A stretch of 64,000 nt of DNA from Clostridia bacterium (GCA_017501545.1 JAFVWS010000035.1:75408-139407), one strand, 5' to 3'; counted from the first letter of the stretch, positions 52,851 through 62,477 are shown. Notes: a model not told the origin generated them from the sequence alone. Numbers and translations are program-made.

Positions 52851-55043
52851 ATGGCTATCATTATTAACGAGCAGGCAAAAACCTACACCATTCAAACAAA
52901 AAACACCACGTATCAAATGGCTGTAAACCCATTTGGCGTGCTTTTGCATACGTACTATGGCAGAAAAATCGAAAATGACGATTTGTGCTACACCGTGTAT
53001 AACGATATGCGTCCATTTACTCCCAAAAGCGAGGAAATAAAGGGTGATGAGGCTTGGGCAAAGGTTGACCACATTCCTCAGGAAATTTCGTGCTTTGGCT
53101 GTGGCGATTATCGTGAAAGCGCAATTAATATAAGGAATAGTGACGGCACACTTGGTATTCAGCCTGTTTTTCATAGTTTAGAGGTAAAAAAGGGCAAGTA
53201 TAATCTTGACTCCTTGCCTGCCTTCTATGGTGAGGAGGGCGAAACGCTTATCGTTACCTTAAAGGACAGAGTTTACGATATTTATCTACATCTATACTAT
53301 GGTGTTTTACCAGAATATGATTTAATTACAAGATGCGTAAAAATTGAGAATAGGACAAGCGAAAAAATCAATGTGGAAAAGGCGCTTTCCTTAAATCTCG
53401 ACTTTAATTATGGGGACTTTGACTTAGTTTCCTTTGAGGGACGTTGGGCGAAGGAAAGACACTTTCAAAGAGCGCCGGTTGTGCATGGTAAGAGTCAAAT
53501 TTTCTCCACAAGAGGCGCAAGTGGTCATATTATGAACCCATCCTGTATTCTTTGTAGCAAGGATGCAACCGAGGTGTCGGGAGATGCCTATGCTCTTGCC
53601 TTTGTATATAGTGGTAGCTTTTTAATTAGCGCCTCAAGGAACTTTACTGACAGCACTCGTTTAGTTATGGGCATCAACCCAGAGAATTTTAATTTTGCAC
53701 TAAAGAGTGGTGAGTCCTTCCAAACGCCAGAGGTTGCAATGACCTTTTCGTATAACGGCTTTGAGACAGCCTCACAAAACCTACATAAAGCAATTAGAAA
53801 CAACCTTTGTCGTGGCAAATACAAAAATGCGCGTCGCCCTATTCTTATAAACAACTGGGAGGGCACATATTTTACATTTAATGCAGACAAATTAGTTTCT
53901 ATGGCTAAGGATGCCTCAGAGCTTGGTGTTGAGCTATTTGTTATGGACGACGGCTGGTTTGGCAAGCGCGATGATGACTTCTCTGGCCTTGGTGACTGGA
54001 CACCAAATGAGAAAAAGCTTGGCTGTACCTTAAAGGAGCTTGCTGAGCGAATTAATGAAACAGGTATGAAATTTGGCATTTGGTTTGAGCCAGAGGCAGT
54101 AAACGAGGACTCCGACCTATATCGCGCCCACCCTGATTACGCATTTAAAATGCCTAATCGTCAGCCTACCCTTGCGCGTCATCAGCTTATTCTTGATATG
54201 TCAAGAAAAGAGGTTAGAGACAATATCTATAACCAGCTTTGTAAAATCCTTGACTCAGCAAATATCTCTTACGTAAAATGGGACTTTAACAGAAACATAA
54301 CCGACCTATATAGCTGTGAGGTTCCAGCCGAAAGGCAAGGCGAAATTTATCATAGATACGTCCTTGGCTTATATGACCTTCTTGAAAGAATTACCTCTCG
54401 CTACCCTGATATTTTATTTGAAAGCTGCTCGGGCGGTGGTGGTCGCTTCGACTGTGGTATGCATTACTATATGCCACAGGCTTGGACAAGTGACGACACT
54501 GACCCAATTGAAAGACTAAAAATTCAGCACGGCACATCCTTTATCTACCCTGTTTCAACTATGGGCGCACACGTTTCTGCCTCACCTAACCACCAAACAG
54601 GCAGAGTAACACCATTGAAAACCAGAGGAAACGTTGCTTACTTCGGTACATATGGCTTGGAGCTTGACGTAAACAAGATGACAAACGAGGAAAAGGTAGA
54701 AATCAAGCGTCAAATTGAGGAATTTAAGCGTCACTATGAGCTAATTCAAAGAGGTGAATACTCTCGTCTGCGCTCACCATACGAGCAAGAGAGTCTATAC
54801 TGCATTTGGCAGGTTAGCGCAAGTGATAAGAGTGAGGCGCTTGTTTGCGCTGTTAAATATAAAAACGAGTCAAGCGCTCGCCCAGAAATCGTACGCCTGC
54901 GCGGTCTTGACGAAAATAAATACTATAAGGTAAACGATGGTAAAATTTATCAAGGCGCTTCCCTTATGTATAACGGACTTATGTTAGCTGATGGCTGGGG
55001 AGATTACGAGTCACAGTTATATTACATACAAGAGGTAAAGTAA
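52851..55043 (+). CDS. GH36 alpha-galactosidase
   Basis: FVMDDGWFGKRDDD, YVKWDFNRN and ESCSGGGGRFD motifs are present. The length is 730 aa. Confidence 0.9.
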   Translation: MAIIINEQAKTYTIQTKNTTYQMAVNPFGVLLHTYYGRKIENDDLCYTVYNDMRPFTPKSEEIKGDEAWAKVDHIPQEISCFGCGDYRESAINIRNSDGTLGIQPVFHSLEVKKGKYNLDSLPAFYGEEGETLIVTLKDRVYDIYLHLYYGVLPEYDLITRCVKIENRTSEKINVEKALSLNLDFNYGDFDLVSFEGRWAKERHFQRAPVVHGKSQIFSTRGASGHIMNPSCILCSKDATEVSGDAYALAFVYSGSFLISASRNFTDSTRLVMGINPENFNFALKSGESFQTPEVAMTFSYNGFETASQNLHKAIRNNLCRGKYKNARRPILINNWEGTYFTFNADKLVSMAKDASELGVELFVMDDGWFGKRDDDFSGLGDWTPNEKKLGCTLKELAERINETGMKFGIWFEPEAVNEDSDLYRAHPDYAFKMPNRQPTLARHQLILDMSRKEVRDNIYNQLCKILDSANISYVKWDFNRNITDLYSCEVPAERQGEIYHRYVLGLYDLLERITSRYPDILFESCSGGGGRFDCGMHYYMPQAWTSDDTDPIERLKIQHGTSFIYPVSTMGAHVSASPNHQTGRVTPLKTRGNVAYFGTYGLELDVNKMTNEEKVEIKRQIEEFKRHYELIQRGEYSRLRSPYEQESLYCIWQVSASDKSEALVCAVKYKNESSARPEIVRLRGLDENKYYKVNDGKIYQGASLMYNGLMLADGWGDYESQLYYIQEVK

Positions 55044-55044
55044 T

Positions 55045-55905
55045 ATGAAAAAAATTGCCGTATTTATGATTTTTGGTCAATCAAACGCCACAGGACACGG
55101 CGTGCCTATGACTGAAAACGACATTATCAAGGAGCCACTTAAAAACGTTTTCGGCTTGAATCGTGAGCCAAACCAGTCCTTTGACACGGAAAAATTAAAG
55201 TTTACCGGCTATACAAGCTACGGTATGAACTTGGCTGAAAACCAAGACAACACCTACTCTGTGCCCAACTGCCTTGCTAAAAACTGGCAGGCGGAAATTG
55301 ACAATGGTGCAAAGTTGCCCGACCTATATATAATTCAAATTTCCATAGGCTCACAGGGTGTATATGGAATGTGGTCACCAACGCGCCCTAAAAAGCTAAT
55401 TCCTGGCAAGCTGGGGGACTGCGACATTTCAATGTATCCATATGCGTGCCACGTGCTTTCTTTGTTTAATAAATATTTGAATGAAAACGAGCTTGAGCCT
55501 GACTTTGTCGGCATGCACTGGCGTGGCGGTGAGCAGGAGTTTTGGCAGAGTGTGCCTAATTTAAAGGACAACGACAGACTAAAAAACACATATAAGACTA
55601 TCTTTAGTGGTCTTAGAAGCGCCCTTGGCTACGAGTGCCCTATTGTGCTTCACAAAATGAACTTTGAGGCTGTGCTTACTGGCATTGAGGACGGCAAGCA
55701 CCTACCAAGCATGCACTTTATAAACGAGGTGTTTAACGATTTATGCAATGAGGTGCCAAATGTAACTATGTTTGATAGCACCCGTGCCCCACACTATAAT
55801 CCCGAAAACCCATATACACTATTCAGATGGGATTTAATTCATTATAGTCCTGAGACAAACAACTGGGTATCCCGTGACATTTTAGAGGAATACAAAAACA
55901 GATAA
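55045..55905 (+). CDS. SGNH-like carbohydrate esterase (sialate O-acetylesterase-type GQSN motif)
   Basis: The N-terminal IFGQSNATGHG motif is present. The gene starts 2 nt after the GH36 stop. Confidence 0.55.
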   Translation: MKKIAVFMIFGQSNATGHGVPMTENDIIKEPLKNVFGLNREPNQSFDTEKLKFTGYTSYGMNLAENQDNTYSVPNCLAKNWQAEIDNGAKLPDLYIIQISIGSQGVYGMWSPTRPKKLIPGKLGDCDISMYPYACHVLSLFNKYLNENELEPDFVGMHWRGGEQEFWQSVPNLKDNDRLKNTYKTIFSGLRSALGYECPIVLHKMNFEAVLTGIEDGKHLPSMHFINEVFNDLCNEVPNVTMFDSTRAPHYNPENPYTLFRWDLIHYSPETNNWVSRDILEEYKNR

Positions 55906-56292
55906 ACACCTCATCCGTCAACCAAGTTGACACCTTCCCCTCAAGGGGAAGGCTACAAACTAGGTATCCTGTGACATTTTAGAGGAATACAAAAACAGAT
56001 AAGCACCTCATCCGTCAACTACGTTGACACCTTCCCCTCAAGGGGAAGGCTACAAACTATGTCTCTCGTGACATTTTAGAGGAATATAAAAACAGGTAAA
56101 CACCTCATTCGTCAACTGCGTTGACACCTTCCCCTCAAGGGGAAGGCTACAAACGAGGTCTCCCGTGACATTTTAGAGGAATATGAAAACAGGTAAACAC
56201 CTCATCCGTCAACTGCGTTGACACCTTCCCCTCAAGGGGAAGGCTACAAACTATGTCTCTCGTGACATTTTAGAGGAATACAAAAATAGGTA
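55864..56292. repeat. Tandem array of period 97 bp (4 full copies plus 1 partial): gene 3' end plus a double-hairpin REP-like element
   Basis: cacctcat starts at 55907, 56004, 56101 and 56198, giving an exact 97-bp phase. Each unit is gt(a/c)tc(c/t)(c/t)gtgacattttagaggaata...taa (a copy of the last 11 or so sense codons plus the stop of 55045..55905) followed by acacctcatccgtcaac..gttgacaccttcccctcaaggggaaggctacaaac. Confidence 0.9.
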
Positions 56293-56295
56293 AAA

Positions 56296-56460
56296 ATGGA
56301 AACAAGATATTATAAGGTAACAAAAATAGAGGGTGAATATGCCACCCTTACCGACTTAGACACGGGCGATGAAATATTTATTGCGCTATTCCTTTTGCCA
56401 GAGGGGACTGACCTTGGCACTAAGCTTAAATATGAATTGCTTGAATATGAGATAATATAA
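56296..56460 (+). CDS. DUF3006-like small protein (54 aa; below the ORF-track cutoff)
   Basis: My translation is METRYYKVTKIEGEYATLTDLDTGDEIFIALFLLPEGTDLGTKLKYELLEYEII. The IEG(E/D)xA.L......LP.G pattern matches DUF3006 as I recall it. A terminator follows. Confidence 0.45.
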   Translation: METRYYKVTKIEGEYATLTDLDTGDEIFIALFLLPEGTDLGTKLKYELLEYEII

Positions 56461-56463
56461 AAG

Positions 56464-56493
56464 AAAAACAGCGACACTGGGTCGCTGTTTTTT
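56464..56493. terminator. Bidirectional terminator
   Basis: acagcgac-actgg-gtcgctgt followed by tttttt. It lies between 56296..56460(+) and 56498..58480(-). Confidence 0.75.
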
Positions 56494-56497
56494 ATTG

Positions 56498-58480
56498 TCA
56501 TAGTGTAGCCTCATACAGGTCTATAATCGCTTGATACCCTTGACGTTTTTCTTCGGCAAGCTCTTCGTTTTTCAGTTGTTCTTTAAGATAATATATAATT
56601 ACTTGCTTTTCTTCGTCGGTGTAGCCAGATGGCAAGTACCACACTGCCGACTCGTCATATAATGGTAGTTGTTCTTCCTCGATTGGTGAATCAGGAGTCC
56701 AAATCATATTAGAATTATCTTTCTGCGAGATGCACATAATTCCAGTCTCCCCGTCTTTTACGCCAAATGCGCAAACAACTATGGCTTTACAGTTATGGCA
56801 TTCCGCTGCAAATTGGGCGATAGGTTCAAATTCTAATGGCACTTTATAGTCAATAAGCATATTCGCATACTCAAATTTGCACCCTTCTTGGCAACGTCCA
56901 AACGACTCTAAGAGCGTTTGAAGTGCTTCTGGCACTAAATTCTCGGGCTCATCTGGTGCATCTGGCTCATCTGGTTCTTCTGGCTCATCTGGCTCTTCCG
57001 GTATAACAGGCAATTTAGACGAAGTGGGTATTTCAAACTCCTCGTCTGGGAAAATTGTCTTTAGTCGTTCTTCAATTACCTGCTTTTCCTCCTCAAGCGC
57101 ATATCTTGATTTAAAAAGAACGTATTTGTCAGTTGGTGCCTCATCGGTAAGAATTTTTACCGCACCCTTGCTTTGATAAATAATTTCACCATTATATATG
57201 GCGCTAATAAACTTAAATATGCAATCACCAACGTCTGTGCTTACAACTAAGTAGCCATCAAAAACACAAAGTCCGCAATCATACGTATATACCATCTCAT
57301 CATCAAATCCAACCACGCCCTCGGGCATAAACGCGCTTACGTCAATCAAGGTATATGTAGAACTTATAACAGGAGCATTTGGGGCGCCGTGGGAACGCAA
57401 GCGGTCCCAGTTAATGCTTACTGTTTCTTTTTTTGCACCACACGCGCAAGCATTTGTTATTTCAAGCACATCATCTTGGAATGGGCTATCGCATCCACAA
57501 TAATTGTTAAGATTAATTTTGGTTTTTAATTGCAAATGGGCGTTATCAACAATATCCTTTTCAAATGAAAGCTCATCATTTATTATAAGCTTTGATGTAT
57601 GATACGTTGTCTGCATACAAGGAGATGCCTCATCTCCCCATTTTTCCTCTAAAGTTAAGCCACACTCAGTGCACGTCTTTATTTGTGTTACGTGCTCCAC
57701 CCCGTCACTATCAGTGGTTGACTCCCTTGTTGTTTCCAAAAGCGCGCGATTGCACTTATAATTAATGTCTAATCTTGAATTTTTTCCACACTCACACTCG
57801 TAAAGTGCCACGTAGCCACCACAGTAGCCATAATCTTCAAGATTATATCTTGCAACCTCTCTTTGCGTTGTGTGGTCTTGGGTATAATACTCTCTGAGTA
57901 AAATACCACACCATTTACATTTTTCTATATGCTTTACAGGGTCAAGGCAATTTTCTCCTGAAGGAATTTTTTCGAGGTAGCTACTGTGAAAAGTAGTTTT
58001 TCCTTCCTTTATTTTTTCGGTATAATAGGTTTTGCCCTTGTAGCTTGCCTCTGCCGTAAATTTTCTTATTTCTATTCGTTGACAGGTGGCTGACTGAATT
58101 ACGTCTCCACCTATTGTTTTACTTGTGATTCTTCCATTAAAGGAATAATCATGTGAGGAGTCATATGGGCACTTAAGGTAAATTGCAACGGCTGCATTTT
58201 TATTATACCACTCCCAGCTTACCTCATAATCACACTCTGTCTTTGGTACGACAATCGTGTTTTTTTCGCTACAGTAGGAGCATCTTAATATTTTTTCACC
58301 TTCGCTTGCACAGGTTGGATATTTTTGGCTTTCTAAAACCCACCTATGCTCACATTCCACCTCTGCCTCATCGTTATCATTTTTCTCGCCCTTTTCCTTG
58401 TCATCTCCACAGGCACAAAGAGAAAGTGCTAAAATAAGCGATAGCAATAAAAGCGCTAATGTTATTATCCGTTTTTTCAT
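56498..58480 (-). CDS. Cys-rich surface lipoprotein (660 aa), paralog of 58506..59837
   Basis: It has a lipobox (LSLCAC). The N-terminal HRWVLESQKYPTCASEGEKILRCSYCSEKN module aligns with the neighbouring gene. Many CxxC and C..C pairs are present, along with an acidic PE(E/D)PDEP linker. Confidence 0.65.
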   Translation of the reverse strand: MKKRIITLALLLLSLILALSLCACGDDKEKGEKNDNDEAEVECEHRWVLESQKYPTCASEGEKILRCSYCSEKNTIVVPKTECDYEVSWEWYNKNAAVAIYLKCPYDSSHDYSFNGRITSKTIGGDVIQSATCQRIEIRKFTAEASYKGKTYYTEKIKEGKTTFHSSYLEKIPSGENCLDPVKHIEKCKWCGILLREYYTQDHTTQREVARYNLEDYGYCGGYVALYECECGKNSRLDINYKCNRALLETTRESTTDSDGVEHVTQIKTCTECGLTLEEKWGDEASPCMQTTYHTSKLIINDELSFEKDIVDNAHLQLKTKINLNNYCGCDSPFQDDVLEITNACACGAKKETVSINWDRLRSHGAPNAPVISSTYTLIDVSAFMPEGVVGFDDEMVYTYDCGLCVFDGYLVVSTDVGDCIFKFISAIYNGEIIYQSKGAVKILTDEAPTDKYVLFKSRYALEEEKQVIEERLKTIFPDEEFEIPTSSKLPVIPEEPDEPEEPDEPDAPDEPENLVPEALQTLLESFGRCQEGCKFEYANMLIDYKVPLEFEPIAQFAAECHNCKAIVVCAFGVKDGETGIMCISQKDNSNMIWTPDSPIEEEQLPLYDESAVWYLPSGYTDEEKQVIIYYLKEQLKNEELAEEKRQGYQAIIDLYEATL

Positions 58481-58505
58481 ATTAATGCCTCCTTTTTAAA
58501 GGGTG

Positions 58506-59837
58506 TTAATCGTTTGAAAATTCGTACTCGTATTTTACCTCGCCATTAATTTTCAGTGTATAGCTTGTAAATGAATTACCATTTAAAATATATTCGTCAT
58601 AAACAAGCTCAAGTCCACAGTCCTTGCACATATATGTTTTAGTTGTATGAACCTCGTTCTCTGTCTCAAATAAGTCATAATTATATTCTGCGTCGCAAGT
58701 GATGACAAAAATTGCGTCTTCCTTTTCGCCACAAGGACATTCCTTCTTTTGTAGATATCCACCACAAGCGCCAAAATCGCTAAAGCTTATTTTTTCAGTT
58801 GGGAAGGTAACTGCATGGTCGTTTCTTTCTACGTCCGCCTCATAGCCACATGCTTTACATTCAACGTGGCAGGTGTAGCCGTTTTCACAGCTATCAATTT
58901 CACCACCCTCATAGGTATAAACCAAGGCGTGATTATATTGAGCGTCGTATTTTTCGCTAAGTATGGAGAAAAGCACCTCTTCTCCGTCCATTACGTTATA
59001 AACGCAGTTTTGATAAGCGATACATTCATCCTCAGTTACGTAACGGTCATAGATAATTTCAAAATCACATCTTATGCAGAATTTATGCTCAAAATTATGG
59101 ATTATGCCATCCTCGTCCTCTTCACTCCAGCCTTCCTTTTCTACCTCACCAAGGCAACCCTCTGGCTCAAAGAAATCAACCTCCTTGCCACATGGGCACG
59201 CGCTGAATACTGCATATCCACCACAGGTCTTAAATTTAGCAAGTGGGAAAAGAATGTGGTCCTCATGGCTTGAGTTAACCTCCTTGCCACAGTTTTTGCA
59301 AACTGCATTTGCATCATATCCGTGAATACAGCTTTCGCCCTCAAGGTAAAATTCATATTCAAAATCGCACTCACCTACTGGAAGCACAACCTCCTTTGTG
59401 TCCTCGTAGGTTTTAATAATTTCTATTGTCGCAGTATATTTAATCAAGCCCTCGCTTTGGCAGGTTGGGTCTGTTTGCTCCTTTTTTACAACTGCGCTAA
59501 TGGTCTTGTTGTGTGCTGGGTCGGCAGGACAAGTAAGAACAGCATATGCACTGCTATAATCCTCGCTCCAATGCCACTGTTCGACATAGTCACAGCCCTG
59601 CGCCTCTATACGCACGGTCTTTGTTTCACTACAAAGTGCGCATTTCAAATTGCGCTCACCAGCCTCGGTACAGGTTGGTATTTTTTCTCCCTGAAGCCTC
59701 CAGTCGTGCTGGCACTCAACTGCTTCATCTGTGTTTTCCTCGTTTTGCTCCTTTTCGTCACCACATGCAGTGAGCATTGCCACGCACAAAAGTGAAAGAA
59801 GCACCAAAAGAATGCTTATAAAAATCTTTCTTTTCAT
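58506..59837 (-). CDS. Cys-rich surface lipoprotein (about 443 aa)
   Basis: The start is set to ATG 59837 (MKRKIFISILLVLLSLLCVAMLTAC). It carries HDWRLQGEKIPTCTEAGERNLKCALCSETK and repeated C-rich modules. Confidence 0.65.
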   Translation of the reverse strand: MKRKIFISILLVLLSLLCVAMLTACGDEKEQNEENTDEAVECQHDWRLQGEKIPTCTEAGERNLKCALCSETKTVRIEAQGCDYVEQWHWSEDYSSAYAVLTCPADPAHNKTISAVVKKEQTDPTCQSEGLIKYTATIEIIKTYEDTKEVVLPVGECDFEYEFYLEGESCIHGYDANAVCKNCGKEVNSSHEDHILFPLAKFKTCGGYAVFSACPCGKEVDFFEPEGCLGEVEKEGWSEEDEDGIIHNFEHKFCIRCDFEIIYDRYVTEDECIAYQNCVYNVMDGEEVLFSILSEKYDAQYNHALVYTYEGGEIDSCENGYTCHVECKACGYEADVERNDHAVTFPTEKISFSDFGACGGYLQKKECPCGEKEDAIFVITCDAEYNYDLFETENEVHTTKTYMCKDCGLELVYDEYILNGNSFTSYTLKINGEVKYEYEFSND

Positions 59838-59889
59838 ATTCTCTCTCCATATAATAAGACGAATTTTTTGGTTCAATAGTTACAATTTT

Positions 59890-59919
59890 ATTATAGCATA
59901 ATAAATATATTCGTGTCAA
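59890..59919 (-). promoter_or_regulatory. Sigma-A-type promoter for the Cys-rich lipoprotein genes
   Basis: On the minus strand it reads TTGACA (59919-59914), an 18-nt spacer, then TATAAT (59895-59890). Confidence 0.55.
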
Positions 59920-59944
59920 TATAGTGCTGTCTATTCAAAATTAG

Positions 59945-60232
59945 CCTCCAAGGGCGAGCGTGGTGCTTGTAACGAGTGGCACAATAGATTTAGTTTCTTC
60001 TAACAACGCTTTAGAGCGTGTAGAAATTAGCGAGTTTGTAACCGAAATTTGGTCATATGCATTTGAAGATTGCGATTCGCTTGCAGAGGTTGTTTTCGAC
60101 GAGCCAAATGGTTGGGTTGCGTACGATTATTTGAGTGATAGCTACATAACAATTTCAGGACTTTCAGATTCTGAAACGGCTGCACTTTATTTGACAAGCA
60201 TTTACTTAGACTGTGACTGGTACAATAGCTAA
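59945..60232 (+). pseudogene. C-terminal remnant of a BspA-type leucine-rich-repeat surface protein
   Basis: The frame opens right after a stop at 59942-59944. It has no ATG, signal peptide or RBS. The sequence (LERVEISEFVTEIWSYAFEDCDSLAEVVF...ETAALYLTSIYLDCDWY) resembles one LRR plus the usual C-terminal tail of that family. Confidence 0.35.
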
Positions 60233-60235
60233 AGC

Positions 60236-60262
60236 AAAAAGAGACCGATTTGGTCTCTTTTT
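60236..60262 (+). terminator. Rho-independent terminator
   Basis: aaaaagagacc-gattt-ggtctcttttt. Confidence 0.7.
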
Positions 60263-60309
60263 CTTTTGTTTTTCGACACAGGGTGGGCTTTTTGGACTAA
60301 AAATTTTTA

Positions 60310-60338
60310 TTGACACGGAGGCATCATTATGATAGAAT
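60310..60338 (+). promoter_or_regulatory. Sigma-A-type promoter for 60361..61002
   Basis: TTGACA (60310-60315), a 17-nt spacer, then TAGAAT (60333-60338). This shows that the ORF-track start at 60310 lies inside the promoter. Confidence 0.6.
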
Positions 60339-60360
60339 AAAGAAAAAAGGGGTTTTTATT

Positions 60361-61002
60361 ATGCCTACCAACGAATCAATTAAAGTTGTTACCAAAGGTA
60401 AAAATTTATCACTGAGGGTGTCAAAGGGACACTTTGCAACAAGCCATAGCCATATAAATTACTATATTGACGTTTCTATGCAAAAGACAAGGCTTTCCGA
60501 GGCGCAGGCAGTTGCACACGAGCTTGTTTCGTATTATTCCTCCAACACAATTGTTGACACTATTTTATGTCTTGACGGCATGGAGGTTGTTGGCACGTGC
60601 CTTGCAAATGAGCTTACTGCTGGTGGCTTTCAATCAATAAACGCGCACCAAACAATTTATATTGTCACTCCAGAGCATACCTCGGGCAGTCAGCTTATCT
60701 TTCGAGATAATATTGCTAACGCAATCAAGGGCAAAAACGTTTTAATTTTGGCTGCGTCTGTTACAACAGGCTATACCGCCACAGCAGCCGCTGAGGCAAT
60801 TAAATATTATGGTGGCAACGTTGCAGGAATTGCATCAATATTCGCAACAACTCCAACCTGTGCTGGCTACACCGTGCGCTCAGCCTTTGACCCAAATGAC
60901 CTAAGCGACTACTCCACATATCCATCTCACGAATGTCCGATGTGCAAAAACGGAGAAAAAATTGACGCCTTGGTAAACAGCCACGGATACTCAAAAATTT
61001 AA
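60361..61002 (+). CDS. Phosphoribosyltransferase-family protein (213 aa)
   Basis: It has a PRPP-binding-type loop (VLILAASVTTGYTA) and a C-terminal CPMC. The start is ATG 60361 (MPTNESIKV). Confidence 0.65.
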   Translation: MPTNESIKVVTKGKNLSLRVSKGHFATSHSHINYYIDVSMQKTRLSEAQAVAHELVSYYSSNTIVDTILCLDGMEVVGTCLANELTAGGFQSINAHQTIYIVTPEHTSGSQLIFRDNIANAIKGKNVLILAASVTTGYTATAAAEAIKYYGGNVAGIASIFATTPTCAGYTVRSAFDPNDLSDYSTYPSHECPMCKNGEKIDALVNSHGYSKI

Positions 61003-61004
61003 CT

Positions 61005-61034
61005 AAAAAAGAACGGCAATGCCGTTCTTTTTTT
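61005..61034. terminator. Bidirectional terminator
   Basis: aaaaaagaacggc-aat-gccgttcttttttt lies between convergent genes. Confidence 0.8.
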
Positions 61035-61035
61035 A

Positions 61036-61509
61036 TTAGCAATCGCTTGTATCTACGCAATAGTATTCAAGCTCTATTTCAAAGTCAGCGCTTTCGCCCG
61101 CTATTCTTATCTCATAGGAGCTCTTTGGGTTATTGATAATAATTTTCTGGTCCTCGCCAATTGGCAAATCCCTTACTATCTCGCCATCGTGTATCAAAAC
61201 AGCCCTAAAATTACCACCATCAAGCTCTAAATCGTAATTGATTTCAAGCCATTTACCACCAGTAAATGTAATCTTTTTTATGGTCCTAACGCCTGAAAAT
61301 TTTTCACAACTAAGCTCTACGCTGTTTTTCGTTTTGTTGATTATTGAATTCGTTTCTGTATACGAGGACGAGCCATTTATCAGCTTATCCTCTGTTATCT
61401 CAACAAGCGAATAATCATCTGGTCCGTTTTTGTCCTCAATGTGGCATGCGCACAGGCAAAGCATAACGCCTACACATAAAGCTAAAAGCAATGCTATTTT
61501 TCTTTTCAT
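61036..61509 (-). CDS. Hypothetical lipoprotein (157 aa)
   Basis: Signal peptide with lipobox (LCLCAC). No family recognised. Confidence 0.55.
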   Translation of the reverse strand: MKRKIALLLALCVGVMLCLCACHIEDKNGPDDYSLVEITEDKLINGSSSYTETNSIINKTKNSVELSCEKFSGVRTIKKITFTGGKWLEINYDLELDGGNFRAVLIHDGEIVRDLPIGEDQKIIINNPKSSYEIRIAGESADFEIELEYYCVDTSDC

Positions 61510-61552
61510 AAACGCCTTCCTTTCTAAAATACAGACACAGGGTGCTTCCTTT

Positions 61553-62377
61553 TTACATTGTTTTCTGATAATTTTCTATTTTTTGGTCTGTGCGATAGTT
61601 TTCCATATCCGGCGTTATGCCAGCCATTCTTTGCATCATATCGTATGATGTCTTATGTAGTCTTTCAACCTCTAAATATGTGGGCGTTTCCTTATTAGGA
61701 ATAAGCACCTTGCCAATATGTAGGTCAACACACGGCTTTTTAGTAAATAGCCTCGTTATACCCTTTCTTTCCCTAAAGGAAAATGCCATAGGAATTATGG
61801 GTCTTTGGTGCTTTACTGCCATTTTGAAAACAGCTGTCTTTAGGGGTCTAATGTCTGGGTAGTAGTACCACATTGAGCCCTCTGGGAAAAAGTGCACCCA
61901 TTTTTTAGTTGACAAAACCTCATCCATTGCATCCTTAAAGGCACGCATTGCCCTTATATTGTCAGTCGGAATAGGCATTCCGCCAGCCCACCTGATAATA
62001 CCTCTTTCAGAGCCCTCAAAGTTGGTTTTCCAAGCAGGAAAGCGCTCAAGACGCGGGCGAATCGCCTTCAAAACGCACAGATAATCCCACTTGAAAACGT
62101 GGTTGGAAATTGTAATTGCACCACCTTTTAAAAGCTCCCTTTGCTCCTTTAAATTCTTCTTTCCGTGAATTCTTAGCCCGTGGGTAATATGCAAGAGGGG
62201 AAATACAATAAGGTTCATCGCAAGCCAAAAGAATGCATTTTTTATTTTTCTACTAAAGCGCTTGTCTATATAATCGTAATTTTCATCAAAATGCGTGTCA
62301 TGCTTGTGCTTTACGGTTATCATATGCTCGTCGCTTTTTTCAGGATATATATAATTCAAGCTATGCCTATAGTACAT
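61553..62377 (-). CDS. PlsC-type lysophospholipid acyltransferase
   Basis: The H(X)4D motif (NHVFKWD), an FPEGS block and an N-terminal TM segment are present. Confidence 0.75.
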   Translation of the reverse strand: MYYRHSLNYIYPEKSDEHMITVKHKHDTHFDENYDYIDKRFSRKIKNAFFWLAMNLIVFPLLHITHGLRIHGKKNLKEQRELLKGGAITISNHVFKWDYLCVLKAIRPRLERFPAWKTNFEGSERGIIRWAGGMPIPTDNIRAMRAFKDAMDEVLSTKKWVHFFPEGSMWYYYPDIRPLKTAVFKMAVKHQRPIIPMAFSFRERKGITRLFTKKPCVDLHIGKVLIPNKETPTYLEVERLHKTSYDMMQRMAGITPDMENYRTDQKIENYQKTM

Positions 62378-62443
62378 TTTATTCTCCTTGCATTTATCCT
62401 TGTTAATTAGATTATATCATAATAATATTGTTTATTCAAGATA

Positions 62444-62470
62444 TAAAAAAGGCAAGCCAAGCTTGCCCTT
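62444..62470 (-). terminator. Terminator after 62478..62936
   Basis: On the minus strand the hairpin ggcaagc-ttg-gcttgcc is followed by tttttt. Confidence 0.7.
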
Positions 62471-62477
62471 TAGCTTA

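Noticed and set aside
52806-53174. 122-aa minus-strand ORF overlapping the start of the GH36 gene
   Set aside because: It overlaps the well-supported alpha-galactosidase coding sequence and its RBS on the opposite strand. It has a hydrophobic, low-complexity composition and no RBS.
55864-56292. Regularly spaced repeats that could be mistaken for a CRISPR array
   Set aside because: The whole 97-bp unit repeats, so there are no unique spacers. The unit includes a copy of the upstream gene's 3' end. No cas genes or leader are present in the window.
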